From contig JAZQTA010000064.1 of the NCBI GenBank assembly GCA_045630385.1, forward strand, positions 1-55,632: a stretch of 55,632 nucleotides of DNA. Reading direction: 5' to 3'. Shown here in pieces: positions 1 through 8,573 of this stretch (positions are counted from its first letter, which is position 1; every line of letters begins with the position of its first letter). The notes below the pieces were generated by a model, which had not been told where the DNA came from, ran no database searches, and was given only the letters and a program-made list of their open reading frames with translations. The position numbers were made by a program, and so were the translations under genes. The DNA is from Eubacteriales bacterium (GTDB lineage Bacteria; Bacillota; Clostridia; Oscillospirales; CAG-272).

Positions 1-890
1 GCGGCGGCCGCGGTTTGCTGCTGGGCGGCGATGCGCGCCAGCTCCCCTGGGTGGGGGGGGGAAACGTGCTTGCGGATCTTATCCGCAGTGAAAAAATTCC
101 CACGGTTCGCCTCTCGGAGATCTTTCGTCAGTCGGAAAAAAGCCTCATTGTCACCAACGCGCATAAGATCAACGAGGGTGAAATGCCGAACCTTTGCGCA
201 ACGAGCGGAGATTTCTTTTTCGTTCGCAGAGAGGATGAAAGAGAGATCGCGCCCGCGATCAGCGAGCTGATCTTCCGCCGTTTGCCGAAAACCTACGGTG
301 CCTCCATTCGGGATCGCATTCAGGTGATCACGCCCTCCAGAAAGGGAAGCGGCGGCGTTGAAATATTAAATCAAACGCTTCGTGAAGCGATGAACCCGAA
401 AACGAGCGTGAAAAAAGAGAAGCAGCACCACGGCGTTCTTTTCCGCGAGGGAGATCGCGTGATGCAGACTGCGAATAATTATGAGATCGAATGGGAAAAG
501 AGCGGCTACGTCGGCACGGGCATCTTCAATGGCGATATCGGCGTGATCGAGCGCATCCTGCCCATGGAAGAAAAGATGATCATCCGCTTTGATGATCGCG
601 TGGCGGATTATCCGTTCGAAATTCTTGAGCAGCTGGAGCTTGCGTACGCAATCACGGTACATAAAAGTCAGGGAAGCGAGTATCCCGTGGTCATCGTTCC
701 GGTGTATCCCTGTGCGCCGATGCTGATGACGAGAAATCTTCTGTATACGGCGATCACGCGCGCAAGAAGCATGGTGATCCTTGTCGGATGCGTTTCAGTT
801 GTGGAGCAAATGGTGAGAAATGACCGCCGTATTCTGCGTTACACAACGCTCTGTGAGCGCATTGTTGAAGCAGCTGAAGCATTTGAATAA
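1..890 (+). CDS. recD2: RecD2-like SF1 DNA helicase, C-terminal portion (5' end lies outside the window)
   Basis: The frame is open from the window edge to TAA at 888-890. It carries the C-terminal SF1 helicase motifs ITVHKSQGSEYPVVIV and LLYTAITRAR typical of RecD/RecD2 helicases. Confidence 0.8.
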   Translation, partial: GGRGLLLGGDARQLPWVGGGNVLADLIRSEKIPTVRLSEIFRQSEKSLIVTNAHKINEGEMPNLCATSGDFFFVRREDEREIAPAISELIFRRLPKTYGASIRDRIQVITPSRKGSGGVEILNQTLREAMNPKTSVKKEKQHHGVLFREGDRVMQTANNYEIEWEKSGYVGTGIFNGDIGVIERILPMEEKMIIRFDDRVADYPFEILEQLELAYAITVHKSQGSEYPVVIVPVYPCAPMLMTRNLLYTAITRARSMVILVGCVSVVEQMVRNDRRILRYTTLCERIVEAAEAFE

Positions 891-905
891 AAATCCAAAA
901 AGCAC

Positions 906-934
906 TTGCATTTATATATTTTTTCGTGTATAAT
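906..934 (+). promoter_or_regulatory. sigma-A type promoter upstream of the mreB-like gene
   Basis: TTGCAT (906-911), exact 17-bp spacer, TATAAT (929-934). It lies 34 nt upstream of the ATG at 968. Confidence 0.6.
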
Positions 935-967
935 ATAGAAAATGACATTTTTTGAAAGGAGAACGGC

Positions 968-1993
968 ATGGTAACGAAGATCGGTCTTGACCTCGGTTAC
1001 GCTAATATCACGCTTTCGGATACCGCTGCGGGAATATACCGCGAGCCCTCTGTCGCATTGATGGACAAGAATACCAGCCGTATTCTTTCACTTGGAACGG
1101 AAGCGACAGAAAAGGCTTCCGAGGGCGGCGTTCTCGTTCGTCCCTTTAAAAACGGACTTCTTTATTCAAAGGAGATGACGGGGGCCGTTATCGATAATGC
1201 TGTTTCTGCAATTCTTCCTGCTGAGAGGATCCGTGCCGTGCTCGGTCTTCCTTCTTCGATTCTTTCAAAGCAGGAGAAGGATCTATATGAAATGATGGCG
1301 GCAAGCGGTGTTTCGGAATGCTACGGTGTGCACCGAGCCATGGCGGCGCTGATCGGCGCAGGCTATTCGCCGTCTCTTTCTGCAATCTCCGTGAATATCG
1401 GAGCGAGCGCAACCGAAATTTTGGTGCTTCATAAGGGGAGCATCCTGCTGGAAAACACGGCAGAGATCGGCGGCGAGGATTTTGACCGTGCTGTGAAAAA
1501 TTACATTAGCGATCAGGGAGACGTTTCGGTTTCTCTTTCGGTTGCCGCCGCGATCAAGGAGCGCCTCGGAGCGGTTTGGCAGGGCAAGCCCTCGGAAAGC
1601 CTGGATATCGAGGGAACGCTTTCCTTGACGGGAAACAGGATCACGATGAATCTGACGACGGAGGATGTCGTCGGCGTATTTGAGAAGCCGCTTTCGCGCC
1701 TGCTTCTTGAAATCGCGGACACCGTGAAGAAGATCCCCTATGACTGTGTGAAGGATATTTTTGAAAACGGCATTGTACTTTCGGGCGGCGGTGCTATGCT
1801 CTTCGGACTTGACCGTATGATCGAGCGTATTCTTGAGATTCCCGTTGTTTTGGCACCCGATCCGATGGATAGTGTCGCCAAAGGTCTTTCGCGTATTAAT
1901 AATTTTCTTCCGGCGCGTATGAGAGGGCAGAATAAGGATATCACGTCCCAGCTTTCTAAGCTCTATGAAGCGCGTAATACGGAGAAAAAGTAA
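968..1993 (+). CDS. MreB/Mbl-family actin-like protein
   Basis: 341 aa with a GAAAGGAG RBS just upstream. Actin-fold phosphate-1 motif IGLDLGYANI is present. LSGGGAMLFGLDRMIE...PVVLAPDPMDSVAKG matches the conserved MreB C-terminal region (GGGALLxGLD...DPLxxVAxG). Confidence 0.7.
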   Translation: MVTKIGLDLGYANITLSDTAAGIYREPSVALMDKNTSRILSLGTEATEKASEGGVLVRPFKNGLLYSKEMTGAVIDNAVSAILPAERIRAVLGLPSSILSKQEKDLYEMMAASGVSECYGVHRAMAALIGAGYSPSLSAISVNIGASATEILVLHKGSILLENTAEIGGEDFDRAVKNYISDQGDVSVSLSVAAAIKERLGAVWQGKPSESLDIEGTLSLTGNRITMNLTTEDVVGVFEKPLSRLLLEIADTVKKIPYDCVKDIFENGIVLSGGGAMLFGLDRMIERILEIPVVLAPDPMDSVAKGLSRINNFLPARMRGQNKDITSQLSKLYEARNTEKK

Positions 1994-2028
1994 TAAATCA
2001 AACATAAAGAAACGAGAGGGTATGGAAA

Positions 2029-2139
2029 ATGAAGCTTAACAAGGACTCTATGGTTGTGAGAATTCTTGCGCTTTGCATGGCAGGCCTTTTGGCTGTCGGT
2101 GTCATTGCGGGCGCGGTTGCTTTTATCATTGTGAAATAA
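2029..2139 (+). CDS. small (36 aa) single-pass membrane protein, below the ORF-track length cutoff
   Basis: ATG at 2029 preceded by GAGAGGG (2014-2020). It translates to MKLNKDSMVVRILALCMAGLLAVGVIAGAVAFIIVK, with one hydrophobic helix and positive charges at both ends. A terminator follows at 2182-2214. Confidence 0.4.
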   Translation: MKLNKDSMVVRILALCMAGLLAVGVIAGAVAFIIVK

Positions 2140-2181
2140 GCGATTCATCCTGCAAAAAAATGCTTTGATGAAATCTCAAAG

Positions 2182-2214
2182 GCACTTGCGGTAATTTTGC
2201 CACAGGTGCTTTTT
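2182..2214 (+). terminator. intrinsic terminator after the mreB-like / small-ORF unit
   Basis: Stem GCACTTGCGG (2182-2191) pairs with GCCACAGGTGC (2199-2209), with one G-U pair and one mismatch. A T5 run follows at 2210-2214. Confidence 0.55.
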
Positions 2215-2276
2215 GTCTGACTAAAAAACGGAAAAATACAGAAAAAGAAAAGAATTGTTTTCATATCGGAGGTTTT

Positions 2277-3299
2277 ATGCTTCATTTTGTGAACGATTAC
2301 AGCGAGGGCGCTTGCGAAGAGATCCTTCGCCGCTTGATCGAAACGAATCTGCAGCCCGAGAGCGGATATGGGTACGATAGCTTCACGGCATCGGCAAAGG
2401 AAAAGATCCGCGAGGCGTGCGCCACGCCACAGGCGGGCGTATATTTTCTCGTTGGCGGCACGCAAACGAATAAGGTTGTGATCGATTCGCTTCTCGCACC
2501 CTACGAGGGGGTTCTCTGTGCCGCAAGCGGGCACGTCGCTCTGCACGAGGCGGGCGCGATCGAGCATTCCGGTCATAAGGTGCTGCCGCTTGCGCATAAA
2601 AACGGAAAGATTGCGGCAGAGCAGGTAGAGGCCTACGTTCGCGATTTTTTTGCAGATCCCACGTATGCGCACATGGTGCATCCCGGTATGGTTTATATCT
2701 CGCATCCCACCGAGTACGGAACGCTTTACACCAAGGACGAGCTGACCGCTCTTTCCAAGGTTTGCCGTGAAAGAGGGCTTCCTTTATATCTTGACGGTGC
2801 GCGCCTCGGTTACGCGCTGGCCGCTCCCGAAAGCGATTTGTCGCTTGCGGATATCGCAAGGCTGACGGATGCCTTTTATATCGGCGGAACGAAGGTTGGC
2901 GCTCTGATGGGAGAAGCCGTCGTTTTTCCGAAAGCGGAGCCAAAGGGCTTTTTCACGCGTGTGAAGCAAAACGGCGCATTGCTTGCCAAAGGCCGCTTGA
3001 CCGGGTTGCAGTTTGATACGCTCTTTACGGACGGGCTTTATTTCCGTTTGGGCGAAAACGGTATCAGGACTGCGCGCCGCCTGCGTGAGATCTTCAGGGA
3101 AAAGGGATATAAATTCTTTATTGATTCGCCAACGAATCAGACCTTCGTTATTCTGGAAAACGAGAAAATGCAGGCGCTTTCGTCCTCGGTTCGCTTTGAT
3201 TATTGGGAAAAATATGATGAAACGCACACCGTCGTGCGCTTTTGCACAAGCTTTGCCACGCGCATGGAGAGCGTAGAAGCGCTGGCGGCGCTGATCTGA
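2277..3299 (+). CDS. ltaE: low-specificity threonine aldolase / beta-eliminating lyase family PLP enzyme
   Basis: 340 aa with a GGAGG RBS. Family-typical FVNDYSEG, GGTQTN, and the PLP-lysine region YIGGTKVGALMGE. Confidence 0.75.
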   Translation: MLHFVNDYSEGACEEILRRLIETNLQPESGYGYDSFTASAKEKIREACATPQAGVYFLVGGTQTNKVVIDSLLAPYEGVLCAASGHVALHEAGAIEHSGHKVLPLAHKNGKIAAEQVEAYVRDFFADPTYAHMVHPGMVYISHPTEYGTLYTKDELTALSKVCRERGLPLYLDGARLGYALAAPESDLSLADIARLTDAFYIGGTKVGALMGEAVVFPKAEPKGFFTRVKQNGALLAKGRLTGLQFDTLFTDGLYFRLGENGIRTARRLREIFREKGYKFFIDSPTNQTFVILENEKMQALSSSVRFDYWEKYDETHTVVRFCTSFATRMESVEALAALI

Positions 3300-3314
3300 A
3301 AAGGAGAGAATGTC

Positions 3315-3530
3315 ATGCAGATGCCGAAAAAGGGAAAATATCGCCATTACAAGGGCAATGAATATGAGCTGATCGAAATTGCAAATCATTCCGAAACCCT
3401 GGAGAAAATGGTGGTCTATCGCGCGCTATATGGAGAAGGTGCGCTTTGGGTGCGCCCGCTCTCTATGTGGAGCGAATCCGTTGAGGTAAACGGAAAAAGC
3501 GTTCTTCGCTTCACTTATATCGGGGAGTAG
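3315..3530 (+). CDS. DUF1653 family protein
   Basis: 71 aa. YRHYKGNEYELI...HSETLEKMVVYRALYGEGALWVRPLSMW matches the DUF1653 consensus (YRHYKG..Y......HSET.E..VVY..LY....WVRP). Confidence 0.7.
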   Translation: MQMPKKGKYRHYKGNEYELIEIANHSETLEKMVVYRALYGEGALWVRPLSMWSESVEVNGKSVLRFTYIGE

Positions 3531-3563
3531 ATAAAAAAATTATATTCACGGTCAAAAATCGTC

Positions 3564-3592
3564 TTGCGCGTACGGCCGTTTTGTATTATAAT
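3564..3592 (+). promoter_or_regulatory. sigma-A type promoter upstream of the GH2 gene
   Basis: TTGCGC (3564-3569), 17-bp spacer, TATAAT (3587-3592). Confidence 0.5.
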
Positions 3593-3635
3593 CTCTGTAT
3601 AGACTCAACACTTTGATAAAGAGAAAGGGACACCA

Positions 3636-5330
3636 ATGAAAAGATTTATAAAAGAGCATGAAAAGCGCCGCTCCGTACCTTTAGACGGACTTTGGCGTTT
3701 TATTACCGATAAAGAGGATAGGGGCGTTTCGCTCGGCTACGAAAAGGGCTTGCCCTGCGAGGCGAAAAGCACCTACGTCCCCTCCGTCTTCGCCTCCACC
3801 CCCTCGCTCCTCGGCTACGAGGGCGTTTGCTGGTATGAGCGCCGCGTATTCATGGAGAAGGGAACGGTGCGCTTGCACTTCGGCGCGGTGATGACGGAAT
3901 GCGCCGTCTATCTCGACGGAGAGAAGATCGGCGCGCACTACGGCGGTTTTTGCGAGTTTGAGCTTCTTGTGAATATCGAAAGCGAGGGCGAGCATCTTCT
4001 CGTTGTTTCGGTGGATAACCGATTTGATGCGCATTCCATTCCGCAGGCGGTGGTGGATTGGTATCATCACGGCGGTATCACGAGATCCGTAACGCTTGAG
4101 TATCTCTCGGGTATCTCGATCCTCTCAAATCACATGCATTACACGCTGAATGAGGATCTTTCCTGCGCAAGCGTTTTCTTTGAGCTTTCGCTTTACAATG
4201 CCGAAGCCACCGCGCTCAGCACCGATCTTTCGGTTTCCCTCGATGGCGAGGCGTTGATTTCCGTTCCCGTCTCTCTTGCCGCAGGGGAAGAGAAAACCGT
4301 CACCACCGAAGCGGTAACGGTAAAGAATATCCGTCTTTGGGATCTCGGCCGTGCCGAGCTCTATGCCTTAAAGGCGGAAACCGAAACCGACGATCTGTTT
4401 GACCGTGTCGGCTTCCGTAAGATCGAAACGAAGGGCTATCAGATCCTTCTGAACGGTAAGCCTATGATGATCAAGGGCGTAAACCGCCATGAGGAGCATC
4501 CCGATCTCGGCTTTGCCTTCCCCGAGGCTATGATGGGAAGAGATATCGAGCTGATCGAGGATATGGGCGTGAACTCTATCCGCGGCTCGCATTATCCGAA
4601 CGCGCGCCCCTTCCTCGACCTTCTTGACGAGCACGGAATCTGCTTTTGGTCGGAGATCCCCTTCTGGGGCGTGGGCTTTGAGCCCGAAACCGTTGCCGAT
4701 CCCATCGTCGTTTCGCGCGGTCTTGAAATGATGCGCGAAATGATCAAGTATTACTATAACCATCCCTCGATCCTTATCTTCGGTATGCATAACGAAATGC
4801 CCACCGATACCGAGCCTACCTTGGAGCTGACGAAGAAGCTTCACGCGATGCTGAAGGAGAAGGGTGGCAACCGACTGACCGTCTTTGCCTCGCATAAGCC
4901 TCTTTCGGACATCTGCTTTGAATACACCGATCTTTACTGTATCAACGATTATCACGGCTGGTACAGATATGATCTCGAAGGAACGGCAGATTTTGTAAAG
5001 GAGATCGAGGATCGCATCGACGCGGTGGGCCTTCCCGCACGTCCGATGATCATGAGCGAATTCGGCGCCGCTTCGATCTACGGTAAAAGAGATTTTGATA
5101 CCGAGATCTGGTCGGAAAATTACCATGCAAATCTCCTCGATTATTGCATCCGTCTCTTCTTTGCAAATCCGAAGTTTGGCGGCTGCTATATCTGGCACTT
5201 TGCGGATGCGCGCACCTCATTTAAAAATCTGAATCGCGCCCGCGGTTTTAACAATAAAGGTATCTTTAACGAGTACAGAAAGCCGAAGCTTGCGTACGAT
5301 GCTGTGAAGAAGGCCTATCACGAGCTTTAA
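3636..5330 (+). CDS. glycoside hydrolase family 2 enzyme (beta-glucuronidase / beta-galactosidase-like size class), no signal peptide
   Basis: 564 aa. It has an N-terminal sugar-binding jelly-roll (CWYERRVF), the TIM-barrel motif NSIRGSHYPN, an acid/base-like FGMHNEMP and a nucleophile-like IMSEFGAAS. Confidence 0.75.
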   Translation: MKRFIKEHEKRRSVPLDGLWRFITDKEDRGVSLGYEKGLPCEAKSTYVPSVFASTPSLLGYEGVCWYERRVFMEKGTVRLHFGAVMTECAVYLDGEKIGAHYGGFCEFELLVNIESEGEHLLVVSVDNRFDAHSIPQAVVDWYHHGGITRSVTLEYLSGISILSNHMHYTLNEDLSCASVFFELSLYNAEATALSTDLSVSLDGEALISVPVSLAAGEEKTVTTEAVTVKNIRLWDLGRAELYALKAETETDDLFDRVGFRKIETKGYQILLNGKPMMIKGVNRHEEHPDLGFAFPEAMMGRDIELIEDMGVNSIRGSHYPNARPFLDLLDEHGICFWSEIPFWGVGFEPETVADPIVVSRGLEMMREMIKYYYNHPSILIFGMHNEMPTDTEPTLELTKKLHAMLKEKGGNRLTVFASHKPLSDICFEYTDLYCINDYHGWYRYDLEGTADFVKEIEDRIDAVGLPARPMIMSEFGAASIYGKRDFDTEIWSENYHANLLDYCIRLFFANPKFGGCYIWHFADARTSFKNLNRARGFNNKGIFNEYRKPKLAYDAVKKAYHEL

Positions 5331-5401
5331 TGGAGCAGTGCGCTTTCGTGCAATTTGAAAAAACATAAAAATGGTAAAAATCAAAGAAAGGGAGCATAAC
5401 G

Positions 5402-6280
5402 GTGCAATACGTTCTAAAAGATTTTGAAACCGCCGTTGCGGTTGAGCAGATCGCGAATATCCATTATTTTGAATTTACCGATGAATATAAAACGCATTCC
5501 GATTCGCACGATTTTTGTGAGCTCGTCTATATTGATAAGGGGTCGCTCGCCATCGTGAGCGAGGGCTTTTCAGGCACTCTCACGGATGGGCAGATTTTGA
5601 TCCACCGTGCAGGCGAGGCGCACAGTCTTTCATGCGCGGGCGGTCTTGCACCCGGTGTTATCATCATCGGATTTTCTTGCACCTGCTCTGCTCTTACGCC
5701 CTTCAGCCAAGCGCCGACGGTGCTTTCCGCGAAGGAAAAAAGACTTCTCTCCGAAATCCTGAAGGACGGTATGTCGGTCTACGCGCCGCCGTACGATCTG
5801 CCGAATACGGATATGAAAAAGCGAGACTTTTATCCCTTCGGTGCGGATCAGCTTCTCAAAAATCATCTTGAGGAGCTTCTCATCTCGCTCATTCGCCGTC
5901 AAAAGGACGAAGGCATCTTCCTTGACGTCAGCGATAGCGGAAATACGGTCGTTTCGCATATCACCCAGTACATCAACGAGCATTTTACGGAGCGTATCAC
6001 GCTTGATAGCCTTTGCTTTCTCTTCGCCACGAATAAAACCACGGTTTGCCGCGAGTTCAAGCAGGAGCACGGAAAAACTGTGCTGGAGTATATCAACGCC
6101 TTGAAGATCAAGGAAGCCAAGCGCCTTCTTCGTATGCAAAAATATTCCGCCACCGAGGTTTCCGAAATGGTCGGTTATAGCTCGCTTCATTATTTTTCCC
6201 GCGCCTTCAAGTCCGTCACGGGGCTTTCGCCGAAGAAATATCTCGAAACCGTCCTTTCAAAGCTTGAAACAGAAAAATAA
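5402..6280 (+). CDS. AraC family transcriptional regulator (cupin sensor + HTH)
   Basis: GTG start preceded by AAAGGGAG. The C-terminal double HTH (TLDSLCFLFATNKTTVCREFK ... VSEMVGYSSLHYFSRAFKSVTGLSPKKY) is classic AraC/XylS. Confidence 0.85.
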   Translation: MQYVLKDFETAVAVEQIANIHYFEFTDEYKTHSDSHDFCELVYIDKGSLAIVSEGFSGTLTDGQILIHRAGEAHSLSCAGGLAPGVIIIGFSCTCSALTPFSQAPTVLSAKEKRLLSEILKDGMSVYAPPYDLPNTDMKKRDFYPFGADQLLKNHLEELLISLIRRQKDEGIFLDVSDSGNTVVSHITQYINEHFTERITLDSLCFLFATNKTTVCREFKQEHGKTVLEYINALKIKEAKRLLRMQKYSATEVSEMVGYSSLHYFSRAFKSVTGLSPKKYLETVLSKLETEK

Positions 6281-6295
6281 TTTTTATAATAAACA

Positions 6296-6341
6296 AGGCA
6301 ATGCAAAACCGATCTTGGCGCTGCATTGCCTTGCTTTTTTT
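6296..6341. terminator. bidirectional intrinsic terminator between convergent genes
   Basis: A perfect 11-bp stem, AAGGCAATGCA (6296-6305... ) pairing with TGCATTGCCTT (6322-6332), followed by a T7 run (6335-6341). A-rich sequence lies on the other flank. Confidence 0.7.
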
Positions 6342-6343
6342 AT

Positions 6344-7423
6344 TTAGTCCAGATAAAAATACCACATATCGTATCTGTCTGCTCTCTTTTTCATCACCTT
6401 GCGAAGCTTTCCTTCCTTGTGCATACCCCAGAGTACCATATAGGAAAGCTCGGCGTAGGGCTTGAAAAGCGTATTTCCCTTGTAGAAAACGCAATCCGAG
6501 TTGATCTCGTGCCAGATCGGCTTCCATTCGGTTTCATACATTTTTTCAAGATCCCAAAGATTCTTTGGGCTGTCCTTCTGTCCCTTCAGATAGGCTTCGG
6601 TCAGATCGTACGCCTTTTTATAAATATCCGCCGTGATCAGCTCCATGTGCATATTCTTGATGCGATGGCGCGTTACGGAGAATTCACCCGCCGTCACGGA
6701 GGAAACAACGCCCTCGGGTGCGCGGATCACGGTGTCGAAGCGGATATCCTCGGGGAAGCCGAATTGCGTGGTCGCGATGTAGCTTTCTCCGTCAACGAGG
6801 CCGATGCTCATCGGTCTGTCGAGCTTTGCGATCGCGATCTTGTCGGGCTCGTTTTTGGAAAGGGCAATGGAAACGACGCCGTTGGGGCGCTCGCCGAATG
6901 CCTCTGCCATCGCTTCGCAGATCGGCATGCCTCTCTCCATAAATTCGCCCACGCGGATCGCATAGGATTCCGTACCGTGGTAGACGCGTCCGTCAGGCAG
7001 GGCAAAAAGCGCGTTCGGGTCGCTTCCGTAAATCGTGCTTTTCGGGATTCTGCCCGCCGCATAGTGCGCATTCATAAAATCGTGCGTGATCCTTTTATAT
7101 TCGTCAGTGTTGGTGGTAGAAAACGTTCCGTTTGCCACGAGTGCAAGCGAGTCCGCAAAATCCGTGAAGGGATGCATCTGGCATTGGATCTCTCCGCCGG
7201 GGCGCGAGTGCGCGATACCAACCGTGCCGGGGAAATTCAAGGCGTCCGTTTCTCGGATCAGCGTATCCACGTCGCCCACCACCTTGGCGGTGTAAAGAAT
7301 ACCGTTATGCACGGTTGCAATGCCCGTGCCGGCGCTGCCGTCGTAATGCTCCTGGCGGCGGATCATGTCAAGAAGAATGGGGGCGGCTTGTTTTTTGCCG
7401 ATATAGCCTGCAATATTACACAT
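6344..7423 (-). CDS. stand-alone class II (Ntn) glutamine amidotransferase domain protein with an uncharacterised C-terminal region
   Basis: 359 aa starting MCNIAGYIGKK, i.e. Cys2 as nucleophile as in GlmS/PurF N-termini. HYDGSAGTGIA resembles RGYDSAGIA. No sugar-isomerase or PRTase domain is recognisable after it. Confidence 0.6.
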   Translation of the reverse strand: MCNIAGYIGKKQAAPILLDMIRRQEHYDGSAGTGIATVHNGILYTAKVVGDVDTLIRETDALNFPGTVGIAHSRPGGEIQCQMHPFTDFADSLALVANGTFSTTNTDEYKRITHDFMNAHYAAGRIPKSTIYGSDPNALFALPDGRVYHGTESYAIRVGEFMERGMPICEAMAEAFGERPNGVVSIALSKNEPDKIAIAKLDRPMSIGLVDGESYIATTQFGFPEDIRFDTVIRAPEGVVSSVTAGEFSVTRHRIKNMHMELITADIYKKAYDLTEAYLKGQKDSPKNLWDLEKMYETEWKPIWHEINSDCVFYKGNTLFKPYAELSYMVLWGMHKEGKLRKVMKKRADRYDMWYFYLD

Positions 7424-7488
7424 GAAGTCTACCTCGCGTAAGGTTTTTCTTAATTATATCACGAAAAAATAAAATGTCAAGGGAAAAG

Positions 7489-8496
7489 TCAAAATCCTTC
7501 CGCCGAAAAGGCAGAGAAGGCATCCAGCACCGCGTCGCGATTTTCCTCGCTGTATTCGATCTCCTTGGAAAAATCCTTTGCCGCCTCGGCAATCTCCGAG
7601 AGCGTTTGCCGCCCCTCGGATTCGCAAAGCGCGGCGACTATCGCCGTAGCAAAAACGGCAAGCCCGATCGGCGCCGTCACGTCGCCCTCGGCGGCGTAGG
7701 TAAGAAAGTACCGATAGATAAAATAGGAAAGGATCTTTGAGAGCATCATTTCTTTTTCGCGTGTCATTTTCGGAGCGGGTAGATGCTCGCACCGCGCCTT
7801 CCATGAAGGGGAAAGAGGATCAAGTCCGAGAAGGATCTGTTTGTATCCTTCCATCCTCTCTTCCGTAAAGAAAGGGACGAATTCATCGGTTTTTTCGCAA
7901 AATGTAAATGTTTCTTTGCTTATATCGGCATTTTCAATGAAATTTTGCAGCCTCGTTCCATATTCTGTGAGAGTAAAAAGCTTCTTCTCCAAAGAGATTT
8001 CGTTGTCCAAAATGCACTCTTGCATCTTTTCTCTTTGTGCAAAAAGGAGCGAGAAAAGTGCCTCGTCGATCTCGCCGCCTGCATCCTCCTCGCGCATCTC
8101 TTCCGTATAGAAGCGAGCATCCTCGCTTTCAAGGATCAGCCGCGCCGCGCTCTCGCAGGCAAGGCTCACGCCCCATTCGCAGATGCCGCCGTAGTAGTTA
8201 TAAAAGCGCGGATGCTCGCGGCAAATATCGCAAAGCGCGTCCTCTCCCGCCTCGCATATAATGCGGCAGAGTCCGCTTTCGAGAAGATGCGGGCAGCGCC
8301 CGTTTTCCGTGAGGCGAAAGCATCCGTCCTCGGAGAGGCTCTTCCTTATATCCTCGTAAAGTGCGCCCGTTCCGTTTTTATATTTTTTGAGTGCTTCCTC
8401 GTCTGCGTATATTTCCCAGCCGATACAGCAGCTGTCGCGGCAATCCGAGGCGATGCATTTGAAATTTTCCGTATATTTCGGTGCTCTGTAGATCAT
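7489..8496 (-). CDS. FliB-family (flagellin lysine-N-methylase-like) Cys-rich protein
   Basis: 335 aa. The N-terminal cluster FKCIASDCRDSCCIGWEIYADE matches the C-x4-C-x3-CC-x-GW-x-I signature I associate with FliB/YkgJ-type Cys-cluster proteins. Further Cys pairs occur at CPHLLESGLCRIIC and CDICREHP. Confidence 0.5.
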   Translation of the reverse strand: MIYRAPKYTENFKCIASDCRDSCCIGWEIYADEEALKKYKNGTGALYEDIRKSLSEDGCFRLTENGRCPHLLESGLCRIICEAGEDALCDICREHPRFYNYYGGICEWGVSLACESAARLILESEDARFYTEEMREEDAGGEIDEALFSLLFAQREKMQECILDNEISLEKKLFTLTEYGTRLQNFIENADISKETFTFCEKTDEFVPFFTEERMEGYKQILLGLDPLSPSWKARCEHLPAPKMTREKEMMLSKILSYFIYRYFLTYAAEGDVTAPIGLAVFATAIVAALCESEGRQTLSEIAEAAKDFSKEIEYSEENRDAVLDAFSAFSAEGF

Positions 8497-8573
8497 GATT
8501 TTTCCTTATTTTATAGGGAATGTATAAGGGCTTGCGGCCGAGATCGGCGCGTCAAGCCCTGTTTTTTTTTGTA

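Noticed and set aside
3636-5330. Assigning the GH2 enzyme a specific gene name (uidA or lacZ).
   Set aside because: The size and motifs fit GH2 generally. By eye I cannot verify the beta-glucuronidase-specific N-K motif and loop or the LacZ-specific features.
6326-7441. Long antisense shadow ORFs, including 6326-7441(+), 15947-17104(-), 21595-22851(-), 22855-24027(-), 25002-26687(+), 31724-32962(+), 34793-35911(+), 38767-40341(+), 40422-41450(+), 43225-44637(-) and 49342-50598(-).
   Set aside because: Each lies fully opposite a gene with clear family motifs. Each lacks an RBS and has the Arg/Ala/Gly-rich, low-complexity composition typical of antisense frames in GC-biased coding DNA.
8528-8570. 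A hairpin GGGCTTG...CAAGCCC followed by a T9 run, which looks like a strong plus-strand terminator.
   Set aside because: Both flanking genes are on the minus strand, so nothing is transcribed into it from the left on the plus strand. On the minus strand the hairpin is followed only by a weakly U-rich tract. It may be a weak or bidirectional terminator after nagA, so I did not call it as a feature.
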